This document shows, piece after piece, positions 38,179 to 49,037 of a stretch of 64,000 nt of DNA. The stretch comes from Octopus sinensis. Lineage: Eukaryota. The position numbers and the translations under genes are program-made. How positions within the stretch are numbered: the stretch's first letter is position 1; every line of letters begins with the position of its first letter. The notes beneath the pieces are model-generated. The model was not told where the DNA came from. It ran no database searches and worked only from the letters and a program-made list of their open reading frames with translations. The DNA is taken from contig NC_043000.1 in assembly GCF_006345805.1 (NCBI RefSeq), forward strand, positions 150,536,001 to 150,600,000. The letters are read 5' to 3'.

Positions 38179-38599
38179 TACTCTTTTCTCTTTTACTCTT
38201 TTACTTGTCTCAGTCATTTGACTGTGGCCATGCTGGAGCACCGCCTTTAATCGAGCAACTCGACCCCGGGACTTATTCTTTTTGTAAGCCCAGTACTTAT
38301 TCTGTCGGCCTCTTTTGCCGAACCGCTAAGTAACGGGGACATAAACACACCAGCATCGGTTGTCAAGCAATGCTAGGGGGACAAACACAGACACACAAAC
38401 AAACACACATACATACATACATATATATATATATATACATATATACGACAGGCTTCTTTCAGTTTCCGTCTACCAAATCCACTCACAAGGCATTGGTCGG
38501 CCCGGGGCTATAGCAGAAGACACCTGCCCAAGATGCCACGCAGTGGGACTGAACCTGGAACCATGTGGTTGGTAAACAAACTATTTACCACACAGCCAC
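38179..38599 (-). mobile_element. SINE-A
   Basis: Family consensus. Confidence 0.9.
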
Positions 38600-38779
38600 A
38601 TATGTAGGTCACATATGTTATTTTGCTGATTAGCTATTTATTCATATTGCATAACTCATTATACCTTTAACCTCATTCTTAATTTCTAAGCAGCTGAAAT
38701 TAAAATATTTATTTGTATTATTTTAAAAATCTGCTTTGGTTCCACATATTCTTTTAAACCTGGCCTTTGCCAATTTCTG

Positions 38780-39022
38780 TATTGTTGGTATTTGGAAGGG
38801 TATCCAGCTGTAAAATCCACATCAAAACAGGCCTCATCAATGTTGGTGTCATGTAAAAGGCACTCATTTCTCTCAAAGTTGGTTGGTGTTAGGAAGGACA
38901 TCAGGCCGTAAAACCTCTGCCAAAACAGACAATGAAGCCTGGTGCAGTCTTCTGCCTTGCCAACCCCCTGTCAAACCACCCAACACATGCCAGTATGGAA
39001 AATGGATGTTTGATGATGTTGA
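38780..39022 (+). mobile_element. RTE 3'-end fragment (diverged)
   Basis: Family tail. Confidence 0.7.
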
Positions 39023-39525
39023 TGGATCTTATTTTAAAAATCAAATAAACAAGTAAAGGTCTTCAGTTGCCCATACTTATTTCTTATGTATTAGAATTCT
39101 GCAAAGATAGTTGCAGTCCATTGCCATTTCCTTTGTGAGGCTCAGTGTCCTGATTTCAAATGTCCCCACTTTTACCAATGTCTTCCACAGTCTTATCCTG
39201 CAGGCTTTGTCTGTTTGGATTTCTTGGTACTTTTTATCCAAGGCATTCTTCATATACTTCACATGTCTTTATTGGTACAGTCTCCTCACTTACATATGGT
39301 CTATAAATCATATTTTGCCATTGTATTTCCTAATATTTAGGTCTTTTATTTTGAATGTCCTCATTCATTTCATACAATATTAAAATTTCCAAATCTAGTT
39401 CATGCATTATATTCAATTATAGAAAATTGCCTTCATAAGCATAAAGGAAATTTTTTATCTCTTGACAACTTGTTGTCAACTTGTAGTTAACTGCTACTAT
39501 TGGCATTTATTCCTTTTATATTGGA

Positions 39526-40302
39526 CTAGCAGCATAGCCGGCATTGCCCGGGTATGTAAGAGCCCCTAGTAGGCAACGACTAATCCCAATCTAGTCCTTT
39601 CCCTCTAGGGAACGAAGGCGCATGTGTAGGTTGCAATGTCTTCTCTTCACTCCCAAATAACTATCAAACAGCTATCGATAATTGAACCCAACCAATTCCT
39701 ACCAGGAAGAAATTACATTTGAGACATTACCCCCAACACCGCAACTTCTGCTAATAGCTGCTGCAGCCGCAAGTTATTTGAATACTTTTTTTGTTTACAC
39801 TTTCTTTATAACTACCACCCCAAACGTTTTACCTTAAATTTTTGATGTACCCTAAGGGTCCTCGGACGCTTTTGTCGTGTGCACCAAAAAACCTTTTCCA
39901 TTCGTTTGTTCAGTTTGGTCACTTTTGACTTTTTCGTTGTTGTCACTCACATTGCTGCCCGCTTTTTTGCCGTTTTTGTACATTTTTATACATTTTGGGA
40001 TACTTACCCCACGTGTTCCGAGAGTTAAAAAGGTCGAGTTGCGTCCCCTAGACAGTCTGTAGAAAATGTGTTGCATATAAAAAGCTTAGATTCTCGACCC
40101 ATGTCAAATTTATCGATTTTTTTTCAGAACTGGGGGAACTTTTCAAAATTTTCGCTGCGTTAGTTTTGAATTATGACATTAGGCTATGTGTGTGTCAAGT
40201 TTCATCAGAATCGGTTGAAAGCCGTGGTCAGGGTGAGGGTACAACCTGACAGACACACAGACACACAGGCAGACAAACTGCCGTTTATATATAGAGAGAA
40301 GA
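39526..40302 (-). mobile_element. Non-autonomous Helitron (other family)
   Basis: On minus: 5' TC...(GTCT/GT)n; 3' cccgggcaatgccgg hairpin + CTAG|T. Confidence 0.75.
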
Positions 40303-40649
40303 TGATGGTCAGTGCTGTTTAGCTCCATGTTAGCCATGATAAATCAAATCATGATAATCTTGTCTTTTTGTCAGACATATGTACCCAGGTCTACACTGGT
40401 CAATGGTCAATGTCTTTATTTAAAGAAGACATGGGTGTGATTTGAGGAATATTTGACTGCTATTTCTAGCAGGTTGAATGAACATATAGAGGCTCCTTTA
40501 TTGACTTGGTCTTATGGTTGTGGTGATTGTTTTAGACATAGTAATATATTTTGTTTGAATTTCACTATATCTTACTTCAGTTGTCATTTTACTTAGAATA
40601 TTGTTCTCTGCAAGCCATTTTTTTCTCAATTTTCCTGATGATATTCATT

Positions 40650-42220
40650 TGACTGGATCCTTCATATGGTCAAAGATTTAGGGACATCCTAATTGAGAAA
40701 TTTGATGAGAGGGAGGAGGAACTACAGACTTGTGGCATAATGGGGACTGGGAATGCCTGTGGGACAGTTTGCTGAGTGCCACAGACCAAATCTGTGACTA
40801 GTGCAAAGTTCCATCTAGACCTAGGGTGATGTGGTGGTGGAACAATACTGTAGACAACACCATTAGAGCAAAGAAACAGGCATGGAAGAGTTGGGGTAAC
40901 AAGGAACTGTATCTGATAGCCAGAAGGGAAGCTAGGAGACAGGTATATCTAGCCAGGGGAGAAGCAGAAAAGAAGTTAGCCTATGTCCAGTGATGTGAGG
41001 ACCAAAAACTTGAAGCATTTTGGATTGCAAGACAGTGTGTGAGAGAATACCGTGATGTCATAGGAGAGAAATGTGTCCGCATGGATAATGGTGCAGTTGC
41101 ATTTAAAGTTTCTGCAAAGAGAGAGGCTTGGAAATGCCATTATGAAAGACTGCTGAACATGGAGAATGGATGGGAGGAGGAGAGTCTGCCAAATGTTGAC
41201 CCAATTGAGGGACCAGCTATCCGGATCGATAGTACCTTGTAGGTAGAACAATTAATGATAAGAAGACAGGGAAAGCCAATGTAAAAACTCCATAAGATTT
41301 ACCTGGTGTAAGTTTTGGACACTTAAGAAGTACAGCAATATCAGAAGAAGGTTAACAGGGAAAATAGTTTTTGTGTGTGGAAAATGCACAGGTGCAATAA
41401 ACACTAAAAATGTACAGAAAATAGACTCCATCCAGTGGCAGGGGGAAAAGCTAGAAGTAGTTGGTAATTTCTGTTACCTAGGTGACCAAGTCAGCAACAG
41501 AGGTGGATGCTCCGAGATGTAACTATTAGAACATGAATAGGCTGAGCAAAGTTCAGAGAGCTCATATCTCTGTTGGTAACAAAGGGCCTCTCGCCTTAGA
41601 GTATGATGCCTAAGTGCAAATAGCCATGCTACATGGCAGTGTAATATGGGCTGTGACCACTGAGGACATGCATAAGCTTGAAAAAATGAAGCTAGTATGC
41701 TTCACTGGATGTGCAATGTCAGTGTGCATGTATGACAGAATGTAAGCATCTTGAGAGAAAAGTTGGGCATAAGAGGCATCAGATGTGGTATGCAAGAGAG
41801 ACGATTGCATTGGTATGGTCATGTGATGCATATGGATGAGGACAGCTGTGTAAGAAAAGTGTTGGTCTCTAACTGTGGAGGAAACCTGTGGAAGAGGTGG
41901 TGAAGCATGATTTTCGAACCTTGGGCCTCACAGTGGTGATAAGTAACAGAGACCTTTGGCTGTATGGCATGCTTCAGATGTCCTCATCAAACCAAGATAA
42001 ATTGTAGTTGTGGCTGATGCTAGTATCATGTAACTGGCATCAGTGCTGATAGCATAGAAAAAGTACCCACTACACTCTTGGAGTGGTTGGCTTTAGGAAG
42101 GGCATCCAGCTGTAGAAACCTTGCCAGATTAGATTGGAACCTGGTGAAGCTCTCCATCTTACCAGTTTTAGTCAAACCATCTAACCCATACCAGCATGGA
42201 AAGCAGATGCTAAATAATGA

Positions 42221-42225
<5 letters not shown>
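40650..42225 (+). mobile_element. RTE LINE relic with internal deletions
   Basis: REAWKCHYERLLN, FCYLGDQ-like and GHVM segments, plus the family 3' UTR and (GAT)n tail. The left boundary is approximate. Confidence 0.8.
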
Positions 42226-42262
<37 letters not shown>

Positions 42263-42316
42263 AATTAGGATAAATTTTTTTTCGAAGCATATTAAAAAGT
42301 ACCTTTAAAGGTTAAA

Positions 42317-42351
<35 letters not shown>

Positions 42352-42499
42352 CACGTATGCACACACACTCAGACTCACATACCTGCATACACATATACAC
42401 ACATGTTTGTCTGTGTGTGTGTGTGTGTGTAAAACCGTTTTTGTGCCTAGGAAAAAGGAATCAATAATTATGTTCAGGACTTTTTTCTTTTTTCATTCA

Positions 42500-43060
42500 G
42501 CTATAAGTTTTCCGTAATGTCCCTTAACTCTGACTTGTTAGAGTGACGATAAAGCTTCATCTTCATATGATGATTCTTGAACAGATTCACTGGTCTGATA
42601 TCTTGCTGTTATCTCCTGGTTCTTAGAATTGAAGTTTGATATTGCTAGCAAAAGCAAATCACTTATCAATTGCACATTGACCCCGCTACTGAATGCAGTG
42701 AACTGTACTTCCCTCCATGTGATGATGATGTTGTTGTCTAACCTAAGATCAGCTCTGATTGAACAAACCAATGACATGCAGGTCATCAGCCAAATGATTA
42801 TGAAGACAGATTTTCATTAAAGTAACATTGCAATCATGAATAACCCATTTTTTCCAGTGTATTATATCCAGTATAGATATCCTTTGTTAAGGCCATAGGG
42901 TCAGACTTGAAGGTTTGGCTGTTACTTCTGGCAGGTTTAGATGTCATATAGAGGATCTCTTGTTGGTTGATGTAGCCTTCATATTTGTATAACTGCACCT
43001 TGTTCTTGTAATGCTTATTCATGACTATTTGGATGATTTTTCGCAATTTGTTTCCATATG
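42500..43060 (-). pseudogene. Possible piggyBac transposase relic
   Basis: Scattered YMTSKPAR, YTGK, LADDL and LVCSIRAD remnants in piggyBac order; heavily decayed. Confidence 0.45.
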
Positions 43061-43239
43061 CAAATAAGTTTTTTTTTTTTAATTATTTACAGTTTTTGGT
43101 TTTTCTCTCTGATACAGTCCTCTTTGGACACTCACTCTCTCTTGCCAGCTGGACTAGCACCACGTTCTTTGACTGTATGTTCTACTTTCTGCTGTTGCAA
43201 GTAGTAATTTTTTGTCATCACAAATCTAAGAGTTCTACC

Positions 43240-44050
43240 TATTAGGTGACCTGCTATGTGGTCAGGTCATAGGCTTAGGAAGTCTTGGGAGAATGCCTGC
43301 ATTTTATTTCATGGCTGAGCTATTTCTGTTTCTTATTTCTTATTGCTTCAGTAATGACATGTTATGTGAAGAACTTTTCTTATGGAAGTATTTTTATGCT
43401 GGTCTCATGATAATATACCTAACATAGATAGTAAAATACTGCACCCTAAAATCTTCCGATCTGTGTTTTGGGTCCATGTTCTCAAGGTGTAGGTTGCAAT
43501 TGAGAAAATAAGGATTTTGTATAGTTTAACTTTGAGTTGCTAGCTGGTATTCCAAATCATGTTTTTTTAGTCATCCAAACTCTTTAGCTGATAATGAGAT
43601 CCATCTTTTCATATCTGATCTATTTGGTTCAACAGTGCTGAAAAACATAAATTCTGTGATGAGCACTACCTCAGAACATCCTGTGTAATTGTTTTTTTAC
43701 TAGGATTTTGTACTTTGTGCATTTCATTTTATATTCCATCTTCTATATGTATTGTCTAACTGTCTAGTGTATATTTTCAGTTTGTCAAAGATTGTGGATG
43801 TAAAGGTTGTGTTATCAGCTTATCTATATTATCTCTGAGAAGAGAATGTTAATGAGTGCCAGACTTTTATCTAAGGTTTTTTTTCAGTCTCTCATGACAA
43901 ATTCCAGGAATTTGAAAAGGGTAGCGGATAACATGCAACCTGTCTCTGATCGACACGTACTCCAAATTAATCTGCCAGTTGACTACCCATGATTATGGCA
44001 CACTTGGTGTTGTATAGCACTTTTATAATTCACACTATTTTGGGGGTCTT
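43240..44050 (-). mobile_element. Decayed RTE-clade RT fragment (third family)
   Basis: Frameshifted (V)RQGCMLSATLF..FLEFVMR and KVKLYKILIFSIATY remnants. Confidence 0.55.
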
Positions 44051-44718
44051 CACCTATTGCTGTAATTCTCTTCTGCTGGGCCTTCCGTCAGGTTATGTCA
44101 GTGAAGCTGAAGAGTAAGGGTACTTGATGCTTTTTTTGTTTTTTCATCTAAGGCATTAAATTGGCAGATCATAGCACAAAACATATTGTAGTGCTTGTTC
44201 TGGCTCTCTGAGCTCTGAATTGAAATCCTCTCAAGTCAACACAACCTTCCATCCTTAATAAAGTACCATTGCAGAGTGATGGGTTGGCAGCTTTGTTAAA
44301 ATGCTGGATGAGATGTCTTCTAGTATTTCTTCTAACTTTTTGTGTTCTGAGTTCTTTGTTGCTACTCTTAATCTGTTGCTTACTTTGATATCATCATTTG
44401 GTCCTTGGGTGTCTTTAGCAAAGTCCATTCTATTGCAGAGTACTCAGGCCAGGTTTGAGAATAACTTCCTCCCACTGGTTTCAAAAGCTCTGTAAAAATA
44501 ATGGATGATGGGTGCTGCTCTTTTCTGAGTAATTGGTAAAAAATCCGCCAAAATCTAATTGGCTACAAAACTGTTATCAACTAAGCCTCTATTATGTTTA
44601 AAACCAAATTGACTAACCTCTTGCGTTTTAGTTTTACTTTTCATTCTGTTGAAAAAGAATTCTGCTGAACACTTTTTTCAATAATCACCTTGTACTTTTG
44701 GAATTTTGCTTGTTGCCT

Positions 44719-45113
44719 TGTGGCTGTGTGGTAAGTAGCTTGTTTACCAACCACATGGTTCCGGGTTCAGTCCCACTGCGTGGCACCTTGGGCAAGTGTC
44801 TTCTACTATAGCCTCGGGCCGACCAAAGCCTTCTGAGTGGATTTGGTAAACGGAAACTGAAAGAAGCCCGTCGTATATATGTATATATGCGTGTGTGTGT
44901 TTGTGTGTCTGTGTTTGTCCCCCTAGCATTGCTTGACAACCGATACTGGTGTGTTTATGTCCCCGTTACTTAGCGGTTCAGCAAAAGAGACCGATAGAAT
45001 AAGTACTGGGCTTACAAAAGAATAAGTCCCGGGGTCGAGTTGCTCGATTAAAAAAGGCGGTGCTCCAGCATGGCCACAGTCAAATGACTGAAACAAGTAA
45101 AAGAGTAAAAGAG
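44719..45113 (+). mobile_element. SINE-A abutting the PLE
   Basis: Family consensus; tail runs into a TA repeat. Confidence 0.9.
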
Positions 45114-45342
45114 TAATATATATATATTTGGTGAAATAGAAAGATGAATAATCTTGTTGCAGATTAATCAAAAGTTTAACCGATACCTTGGTAGCAAAAA
45201 TCACAGCAGAAGAAAGCACGGTTGGAGGTACAACCATATGGTGTTGCAACCGTGCGTTGGTGTGGATAATTGAATTTTAATATTATTAGTGAATTGAAGA
45301 AATGGAGTTGAACGAAGATTGAACAGAAATCCTTTTATTGCA

Positions 45343-45422
45343 TTCTACACGTGTTTCGAAAGCCACAATTTACCAAATTCCGATTGAATAAGGAGACCAT
45401 ATTGTGTCTTTCTCTTCAGGAA
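45343..45422 (-). ncRNA. Hammerhead ribozyme, inverted copy
   Basis: Reverse complement of 48811-48890 within the inverted terminal segment. Confidence 0.83.
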
Positions 45423-45489
45423 GAAATATGAATTCCGTTGGCAGAACAAAAACAGAACAGAGGCGCAGCAAAACAAATCGATCGAGGAA

Positions 45490-48132
45490 TTGGTTTGTAA
45501 AACCAACGCTTTCATAAACCGGATAAGATGGCTTGTTTTCTTCCACGAGAACGAAGAACTAAAATCGAACCGGACAACAACATCGTCCGAATATGGCGGG
45601 CTTTTTAAAACAATGGATACGCCGCCACCTAACCCAAGACTGAAGAAGTTTGAGGACGACTTGTGGGACATCGTTAGGAAGATTAAGTTCAGGAAGTCAC
45701 CCAGGAGAAATGTTCACCTCAGATACCTAGATAAAATTACCAAGAACATTAATAGAACGGACGGAGTCCTGGTCCAGTCCGACAAGACCAGGAACACATA
45801 CAAGTTACCCATTAAACAGTACCTAGATTTACTCGGAAAAGAGATCAAGAAAAATCATAGAACAACTAATTGGAGTACCTTGAGGAAAGTAAACTTGGAA
45901 ATTAAGGAAATAATGTTTAAACACAGAATTCAAATGAGAACGCAGCCGCTTAGCCCTAAGCAACCTAGATTTATAGTGAAGGACCATAAACCGAATTTCT
46001 ACACCAACCCAGCGTTAAGACTCATATGCCCTGCTAGCTCTGATATCGGGGCAATCAGTAAGTACATTTTAGATAAATATATCCCTAGTTTAGTAAATAA
46101 GCTGAAGCTCAGCCTCTGGGCCAACTCATCGCAGGTAGTGAAGTGGTTCTCTTCCATCCCCAATAAGAACCGTACTAGGTTTATTCAGTTTGATATCGCT
46201 AGCTTCTACCCCTCGATTAACCCTAGTGTACTAAATAAGGCCCTTTGGCATGCTCACAACAAGGCAGGCCTCACCAGAGAAGAAATAGATATCATTTTAG
46301 TTGCCAGGAAATCGTTTATTAAGTTTGATAATAAGTTGTGGATCCGTAAAGATACTCCCAATGAATTTGATGTGCCTATGGGTAGTTCGGATAGTGCGCA
46401 GATAGCCGATTTGGTCGGAATCTATATTCTCTACGAATTGTCCGACCAATTCCCGGAGATCGCGGGCGGCCTGTATCGTGACGATTGTCTGTTTTACCTG
46501 CAAAACACCACGAACAGAATAGTGCAGAAAACTAAGAGTAGGTTAGCTAGGTTTTTTAATAGAATGGGCATGAATATAGTTTTTGATAATGAACTCACCA
46601 AGGCTAATTTCCTAGACGTTACACTTAACCTTAATAGCGATTCATACTGCCCTTACCATAAGCCTTCCACTAATTTGAAGTATGTCAGTGTCTTCTCCAA
46701 TCATGCCAAAACCGTAACAGACAATTTGGTTAAAAACATCTCTCTAAGATTGTCTAACTTGTCCGCTAGTGCCAATATTTTTATGCAGAAAGCGGAATTT
46801 TATAACGCCGCACTATCCAAGGCCGGTTATAGGCAGAAGGTAATTTATATTGATCCGGCCCTTCCGATGCCATCATTCGGTCATCAGGATAGGGCCGTCT
46901 ATAATAACATAAATAATTTAAGTAGTGACGGGAGCGCGGCGGGTGCTGGGGCAGGCACTTCAGCATTTAGTTTAGCGAACAAGGATAATTATCGGTCCGG
47001 GGGAGTTCACACTAACCCAAAACCCGTTATTCATCCGAGAATCACCCACCCTAATGCGAGAGCTGGCTTCCCGACCCATCACATAAATAGGAATAAGCAT
47101 ATATGGTTTGTAATTCCCTTTGGTAAGCAGATTAGAACTAACCTCCCCCTCCTGTTTCGACAAGCCATCGCCAATAACTTCCCCAGAAATTCCAAATATT
47201 ACTCCACGGTTAACTCGCATAAAGTTAGGATAGCTTTCTCCAACACTAAAAACCTCGCCCAGATAATCGCCTCCCATAATAATAGGCTGCTTATTAAGAC
47301 CCTATCACCTTTGTCCGGAGGCACAGCTTCGTCCGCTCCCGGTTTAACGCTCAGTAGGAATAATAATAGTAGTAATAATGATATGAGAGCCAGTACATTG
47401 ACTGATAATCTCATCTCCAACCAGGGATTATATACTAGGCGTATAGATATAAATAAGGGTGATGTCATTAATGATAACAATGGCAGTAGTGAGGTGAGCG
47501 CAACTCGGCTCATTAGGGTAGAGATTCCCAATAGCAACTCCAGCATCGTTTCCGGCAATAGCAGGAACACGGACACTAGCAATTACAGCACTCTGAGTGA
47601 TAGTGAAGAATCAGGGGTTATTCCGTTAGTTAATAGTGACTTAGTGGAAAATAAAGTAGTAAGCGGCTGCACTTCTCGCAATCAATATAGTAACAGCAAC
47701 GCAGTTCTAATTTCAGAAATTAATCCTAATAGAATAAGGTTCATGTCGGGGAACTCTAAGATCAGAAATGCCGTTTACCAATGCAAGGTTTACACGGACT
47801 CAGATGTCTACTCATATGTCGGGGCCTCATCATCAAAATTGGCCTTACGAATCTCCAACCATTACGCAACTTTTCGCGACGTGAATAAACACCAGGCCAC
47901 GGGACTTAGCAAGCTAATATGGCAATTGAAGAATACGAGCTCAAGCTACAGGCTGGAATGGTCAATTTTGTCGGTGGCCCTCCCATTTGATAGGGGCAGA
48001 AGGAAGTGCAACCTTTGTGTCTCTGAGCTTTTCCATATATTGTTCGCCAGAGACCGGATGGTAAACAGACTTTTGCAGTCGGCTTTTCGATGCCTCCATT
48101 GGCGGCGTTTTACTTATCTTGCTTATAAATGA
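45490..48132 (+). CDS. PLE reverse transcriptase + C-terminal GIY-YIG endonuclease (5'-truncated ORF; first ATG at 45613)
   Basis: RT motifs FIQFDIASFYPSI, DVPMGSSDSAQIADLVG, GLYRDD and FLDVTLNL. Endonuclease motifs AVYQ...YVG, RISNH and CNLCVSE. There is no internal stop. The frame begins at the inversion junction just before the conserved FINRIRW segment. Confidence 0.92.
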   Translation: MVCKTNAFINRIRWLVFFHENEELKSNRTTTSSEYGGLFKTMDTPPPNPRLKKFEDDLWDIVRKIKFRKSPRRNVHLRYLDKITKNINRTDGVLVQSDKTRNTYKLPIKQYLDLLGKEIKKNHRTTNWSTLRKVNLEIKEIMFKHRIQMRTQPLSPKQPRFIVKDHKPNFYTNPALRLICPASSDIGAISKYILDKYIPSLVNKLKLSLWANSSQVVKWFSSIPNKNRTRFIQFDIASFYPSINPSVLNKALWHAHNKAGLTREEIDIILVARKSFIKFDNKLWIRKDTPNEFDVPMGSSDSAQIADLVGIYILYELSDQFPEIAGGLYRDDCLFYLQNTTNRIVQKTKSRLARFFNRMGMNIVFDNELTKANFLDVTLNLNSDSYCPYHKPSTNLKYVSVFSNHAKTVTDNLVKNISLRLSNLSASANIFMQKAEFYNAALSKAGYRQKVIYIDPALPMPSFGHQDRAVYNNINNLSSDGSAAGAGAGTSAFSLANKDNYRSGGVHTNPKPVIHPRITHPNARAGFPTHHINRNKHIWFVIPFGKQIRTNLPLLFRQAIANNFPRNSKYYSTVNSHKVRIAFSNTKNLAQIIASHNNRLLIKTLSPLSGGTASSAPGLTLSRNNNSSNNDMRASTLTDNLISNQGLYTRRIDINKGDVINDNNGSSEVSATRLIRVEIPNSNSSIVSGNSRNTDTSNYSTLSDSEESGVIPLVNSDLVENKVVSGCTSRNQYSNSNAVLISEINPNRIRFMSGNSKIRNAVYQCKVYTDSDVYSYVGASSSKLALRISNHYATFRDVNKHQATGLSKLIWQLKNTSSSYRLEWSILSVALPFDRGRRKCNLCVSELFHILFARDRMVNRLLQSAFRCLHWRRFTYLAYK

Positions 48133-48307
48133 CGCTTACAAATGATACCTGCACCCGGTTACCCTACTTATGTGAAAATAGCCCTTGGAAATAATTTTTT
48201 GAAAAAGCTTTTTAAGAGAGATATGATTAACCCTTGCAAGGGGAATTACTCCCATTAGGCGAATGGTGTTTTGTTTTGACGACGTGAGGTTTTTTTTGAC
48301 AAAGCAT

Positions 48308-48507
48308 GATTAGACGAACACACGAACACATAAAATATTTTCTGACGCCTGACAGATTTTTCAGCAGTGACCATTGTGTAGCGCTTTTTACCAACTTACG
48401 GCCGCGCGATTATACGAACACACGAACACATAAAATATTTTCTGCCGCCTGACGGATTTTTCAGCAGTGACCATTGTGTAGCGCTTTTTACCAACTTACG
48501 GCCGCGC
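48308..48507 (+). repeat. 100-bp tandem duplication in PLE 3' UTR
   Basis: Units 48308-48407 and 48408-48507 differ at 3 positions. Confidence 0.9.
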
Positions 48508-48810
48508 ACATATAGAACAGTTCACACACACATGTTTCTAAGTAGATTTTGCCTCGCCCCATATAATACACCTAATATTCTTAAAATAGTCAGAACCTAA
48601 GTCTCGGTCACAAAGAACATCTACGCACCCCATGCTCTCACCCACCGGATTGACCGCTGCCTGACCTGTAAATATCTTCAACGTGCCCACCACCCGATTT
48701 CAACACACATTGATAAACAGTTTGGCCATGGGCTCTTAGGAGCCTCCTCGATCGATTTGTTTTGCTGCGCCTCTGTTCTGTTTTTGTTCTGCCAACGGAA
48801 TTCATATTTC

Positions 48811-48890
48811 TTCCTGAAGAGAAAGACACAATATGGTCTCCTTATTCAATCGGAATTTGGTAAATTGTGGCTTTCGAAACACGTGTAGAA
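48811..48890 (+). ncRNA. Type I hammerhead ribozyme
   Basis: Stem I UUC(48811-13)/GAA(48888-90); core CUGAAGA 48814-20; stem II GAAAG-A-CACAAU / AUUGUG-G-CUUUC; GAAAC 48876-80; palindromic stem III ACACGUGU; cleavage triplet GUA 48885-87. Confidence 0.85.
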
Positions 48891-48950
48891 TGCAATAAAA
48901 GGATTTCTGTTCAATCTTCGTTCAACTCCATTTCTTCAATTCACTAATAA

Positions 48951-48957
48951 TATATAT

Positions 48958-49032
<75 letters not shown>
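48951..49032. repeat. (TA)n microsatellite flanking the PLE
   Basis: Direct reading. Confidence 0.95.

Positions 49033-49037
<5 letters not shown>

Larger units (their letters stand above)
45128..48953 (+). mobile_element. Penelope-like retroelement (Naiad-type), near full length, with inverted terminal segment
   Basis: Intact RT-GIY-YIG ORF. 45280-45488 is the reverse complement of 48745-48953 (209 bp, no mismatch seen). A hammerhead lies in that segment, and TA repeats lie on both flanks. The left boundary (45128 vs 45280) is uncertain. Confidence 0.9.

Noticed and set aside
48638-48730. CVLKSGGGHVED on the minus strand, resembling a Tc1/mariner C-terminus
   Set aside because: It is too short, has no other transposase motifs, and lies in the PLE 3' UTR.
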